Shown here: one piece after another, positions 61,724 to 64,000 of the stretch | Layout of the letters: each line of letters starts with the position of its first letter | How positions within the stretch are numbered: position 1 is the first letter of the stretch | Source of the DNA: Glaucostegus cemiculus | Lineage: Eukaryota | Direction: 5' to 3' | DNA: 64,000 bases | Assembly (NCBI GenBank): GCA_976551045.1 | Contig: CDPCPM010000007.1 | Location: forward strand, 7,812,001 to 7,876,000 | The notes under the pieces: generated by a model | Databases searched by the model: none | The model's input: only the letters and a program-made list of their open reading frames with translations | What the model was told of the DNA's origin: nothing | Program-made: the position numbers and the translations under genes

Positions 61724-62361
61724 TGTACAGCCTTCCCTTGCATCAGCCATGTTGTTAACTTGACTCTATTTGCATCAATATTAGTACCTCTTGTCCCAAT
61801 TTTTCTTTCAAGCTCCTGTTTCTTTTTGACCTGTGATAACCACTAGGGCACTAGGACTCTGTGCTGAAATCCTATGGTGTGAATGTCCTCCAGTGGGTGA
61901 GTGGAAAATAAAGGTGGTTGCTCCACATGACAACAAATGTTTGTTCATCTCATAATGCTTAATCACGTTTTATGTAATTTCTACCCAATGCTCAGATCCT
62001 TTCTAGGATGCTTGTACAATAATTAGCAATGGGGACTAAGCAGTATTAAGAGTAAGATTGGCTAGACTCCTCATGAGACTTATGCTTTGTTTTCTGGGGC
62101 TCTGAGGCAGCACGGTTTGCTGTAATTAAATTGAATTTCATTGATGTAGTCTTTTGTACTTGCAACAATTGTGTCATGGTATGATCAACTCATGATAACC
62201 TCAACAGATATTTCAAATGGTGTTACTGAAGTGGTATTGAATACATAGAAACGATCGAAAATGTTTTCACCGAAAATAACATTGTCGAATGGAAGAAGTG
62301 CCAATTGCTCTCACCTGAGCAACATTGGCATATAGCAGAGTGAATTTTGAGGATTCATCTA

Positions 62362-63022
62362 ACAGAGAACATAGGACAGTACATCATAAGAACAGGACCT
62401 TTGGCCCATGATTTAATCCCATCTGCCTGCACATGGTCTATATTCCTCTGTTCTCTGCCTATTCATATGACTTTCTAAATGCCTCTTCTGTCCTTCTTTG
62501 TACAGTGCTGAGAAAAGGAACAAGCTGAAACAAGCAAAGTTTGCCCCTTAGATCTCCTTTAAATCTTTCCATTTTCACCTTAAATCTATTAGCTCTATTT
62601 TAGGTGCCTTTACTCTCAGAAAAAGACCATATCTGTGCCCCTCATAATTTTATAAACTTCCATAATTTTATAAACCTCCATAAAGCCTCCTTCACTCCAT
62701 GGAAGCAGTTCCAGCCTGTCCAATCGCTCCTTATAACTCAAGCACTCCAGTCCCGGCAACACTCTTGTGAATCTTTTCTTCACCTCCCCCCTATAGCTTG
62801 GTGGCCAGAACTGCACACAATACTCCAAGAGCAGCCTAACCAACGGTTTGTACAACTGTAACATGACATCCCATCTGCTATACTCAATGCCTGGTCCAAT
62901 GAAGACAAACATACTATGCGCCACCTTCACCACTCTGTCTACCTGTGTTCCCACTTTCAGGTGACATTGTACTTGTGCCCCAAGGTCTTGCTGTTCAATA
63001 ATATTCCCCAGGGCCCTGCCAT
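62362..63022 (-). mobile_element. CR1 ORF2 C-terminal and 3' fragment
   Basis: QQDLGAQV..QVDRVVK..QLYKPLVRLLLEYCVQFW..SYKERLDRL (ORF 62616-63062). Confidence 0.9.
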
Positions 63023-63109
63023 CCACAAAGACAAAGATAAACTGGGGAGATGTCAAGAGCATGAAAAAAAAATCTGTCCATATCAGCTGTACCTAACAAG
63101 GACCCAGAG

Positions 63110-64000
63110 ATGTGATGAATTTGTTGGCATTCAAAGTACGTAAGCCAATGTTCACCTGAAAGATAATGATATGCCTTAGTTGTTCAAAGAATGACTTGTA
63201 CCTAACAGTTTGGAAGAAAATGGTGGGGAAAATCTGATGAGAACACAGAAGGCAACTAACATTGAACAGGCTGGCTTTTCTGAATCAGCTGAGCTAGTCT
63301 TTCCTGATGACAGATGGTACCATTAGAACCTGTGGATTTTATAAGATAATAATCAGCAGAGAGGCAAAGGTTGACAGATACCCCTTACCCCTGAAAATTT
63401 GTTTTCTCAGTTAGGACAAGAACAGCTCTTCATAGCCTTTGAAGATCCAAGTTCAGCTGCTTGCTGAAAGCTATCACAATGACATTTTGATGTCTGGAAG
63501 ACAGCAGGAACACAAGGAGAATTTGCATGATCCAGAGAAGCAGGAGCTTGGTTGAGGAATAATAACTATTGCTTTGATGCCCTAAGAGTCAATCTTACCT
63601 TTAAGATGGATGCTGAAGGACTCCACCCTGCTGAGGACAAAGTTAAAGCAGTGATGGATACACTTAGTCTGACCAACCTGACAGAAGCAAAGCCCGCTCA
63701 ACACCACTGTGGACGTTTCCTGGCATCTGTAAGTAAAGCGTAAGTCCTCTACACAAGTTACTGAATCACAAGACAATAGAAAGAAGGACAAAGAAATTTA
63801 GAAGTTCTGTTCTGAAGATTAAGCAGTTCCGGCTGAGACTATGGGTTCTTTTTCTTTGCTACTGTTCCATCATGCATCAACCTTGGAGTAGGTTTGGCAT
63901 TGCATGGAGAATGAAAATGAGCCAATGACTGATTTTGCTTAAAAGTCCCTTTCCAAGCAGAAAAAAAACACTCACATCTAGAGAAAGAAAGGTTAGTTGT
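63110..64000 (+). pseudogene. Highly decayed Ty3/Gypsy pol (RT and RNase H remnants), running off the window end
   Basis: IRTCGFYKIIISREAKVDRYPLP (cf. RICGDYK..YPLP), NDILMSG (DDIL), DAEGLHPAEDKVKAV, and HSHLEKE(R)L (cf. RNase H YSQLEKE.L). Confidence 0.8.

Noticed and set aside
1-64000. Known conserved miRNA, snRNA or rRNA genes
   Set aside because: None of the mature sequences I can recall were seen by eye; an Rfam/miRBase scan is needed to exclude them.

Overview
Vertebrate nuclear DNA. The repeat content points to a cartilaginous fish (shark or ray): tRNA-derived V-SINE/HE1-like SINEs, DeuSINE-like relics and abundant CR1 LINEs; this is an inference from repeat families recalled from memory, with no database search. 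I cannot recognise any intact host protein-coding gene. The window looks intergenic or intronic, and most ORFs in the track are transposon fragments or chance ORFs. Main contents: (1) a near full-length decayed CR1 LINE at ~6.6-11.3 kb (ORF1 Zn-finger plus SGNH esterase, ORF2 APE plus RT); (2) a 408-bp TG...CA solo-LTR-like insertion with a 5-bp TSD exactly at that element's ORF2 stop codon; (3) many 5'-truncated CR1, L2, Rex/Babar, Tx1-like and RTE-like fragments; (4) Penelope-like termini with degenerate hammerhead-like cores; (5) a Tigger-like MITE; (6) a tail-to-tail pair of same-subfamily CR1 copies with complementary deletions; (7) a decayed Gypsy pol at the right edge; (8) a 135-N assembly gap. 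Several TE-poor islands (~13.9-17.3, 25.7-26.1, 32.7-33.0, 45.8-46.3, 47.9-48.2 and 60.2-60.6 kb) are candidate regulatory elements or unidentified exons. I found no convincing new multi-gene system. Boundaries of old repeats are approximate.
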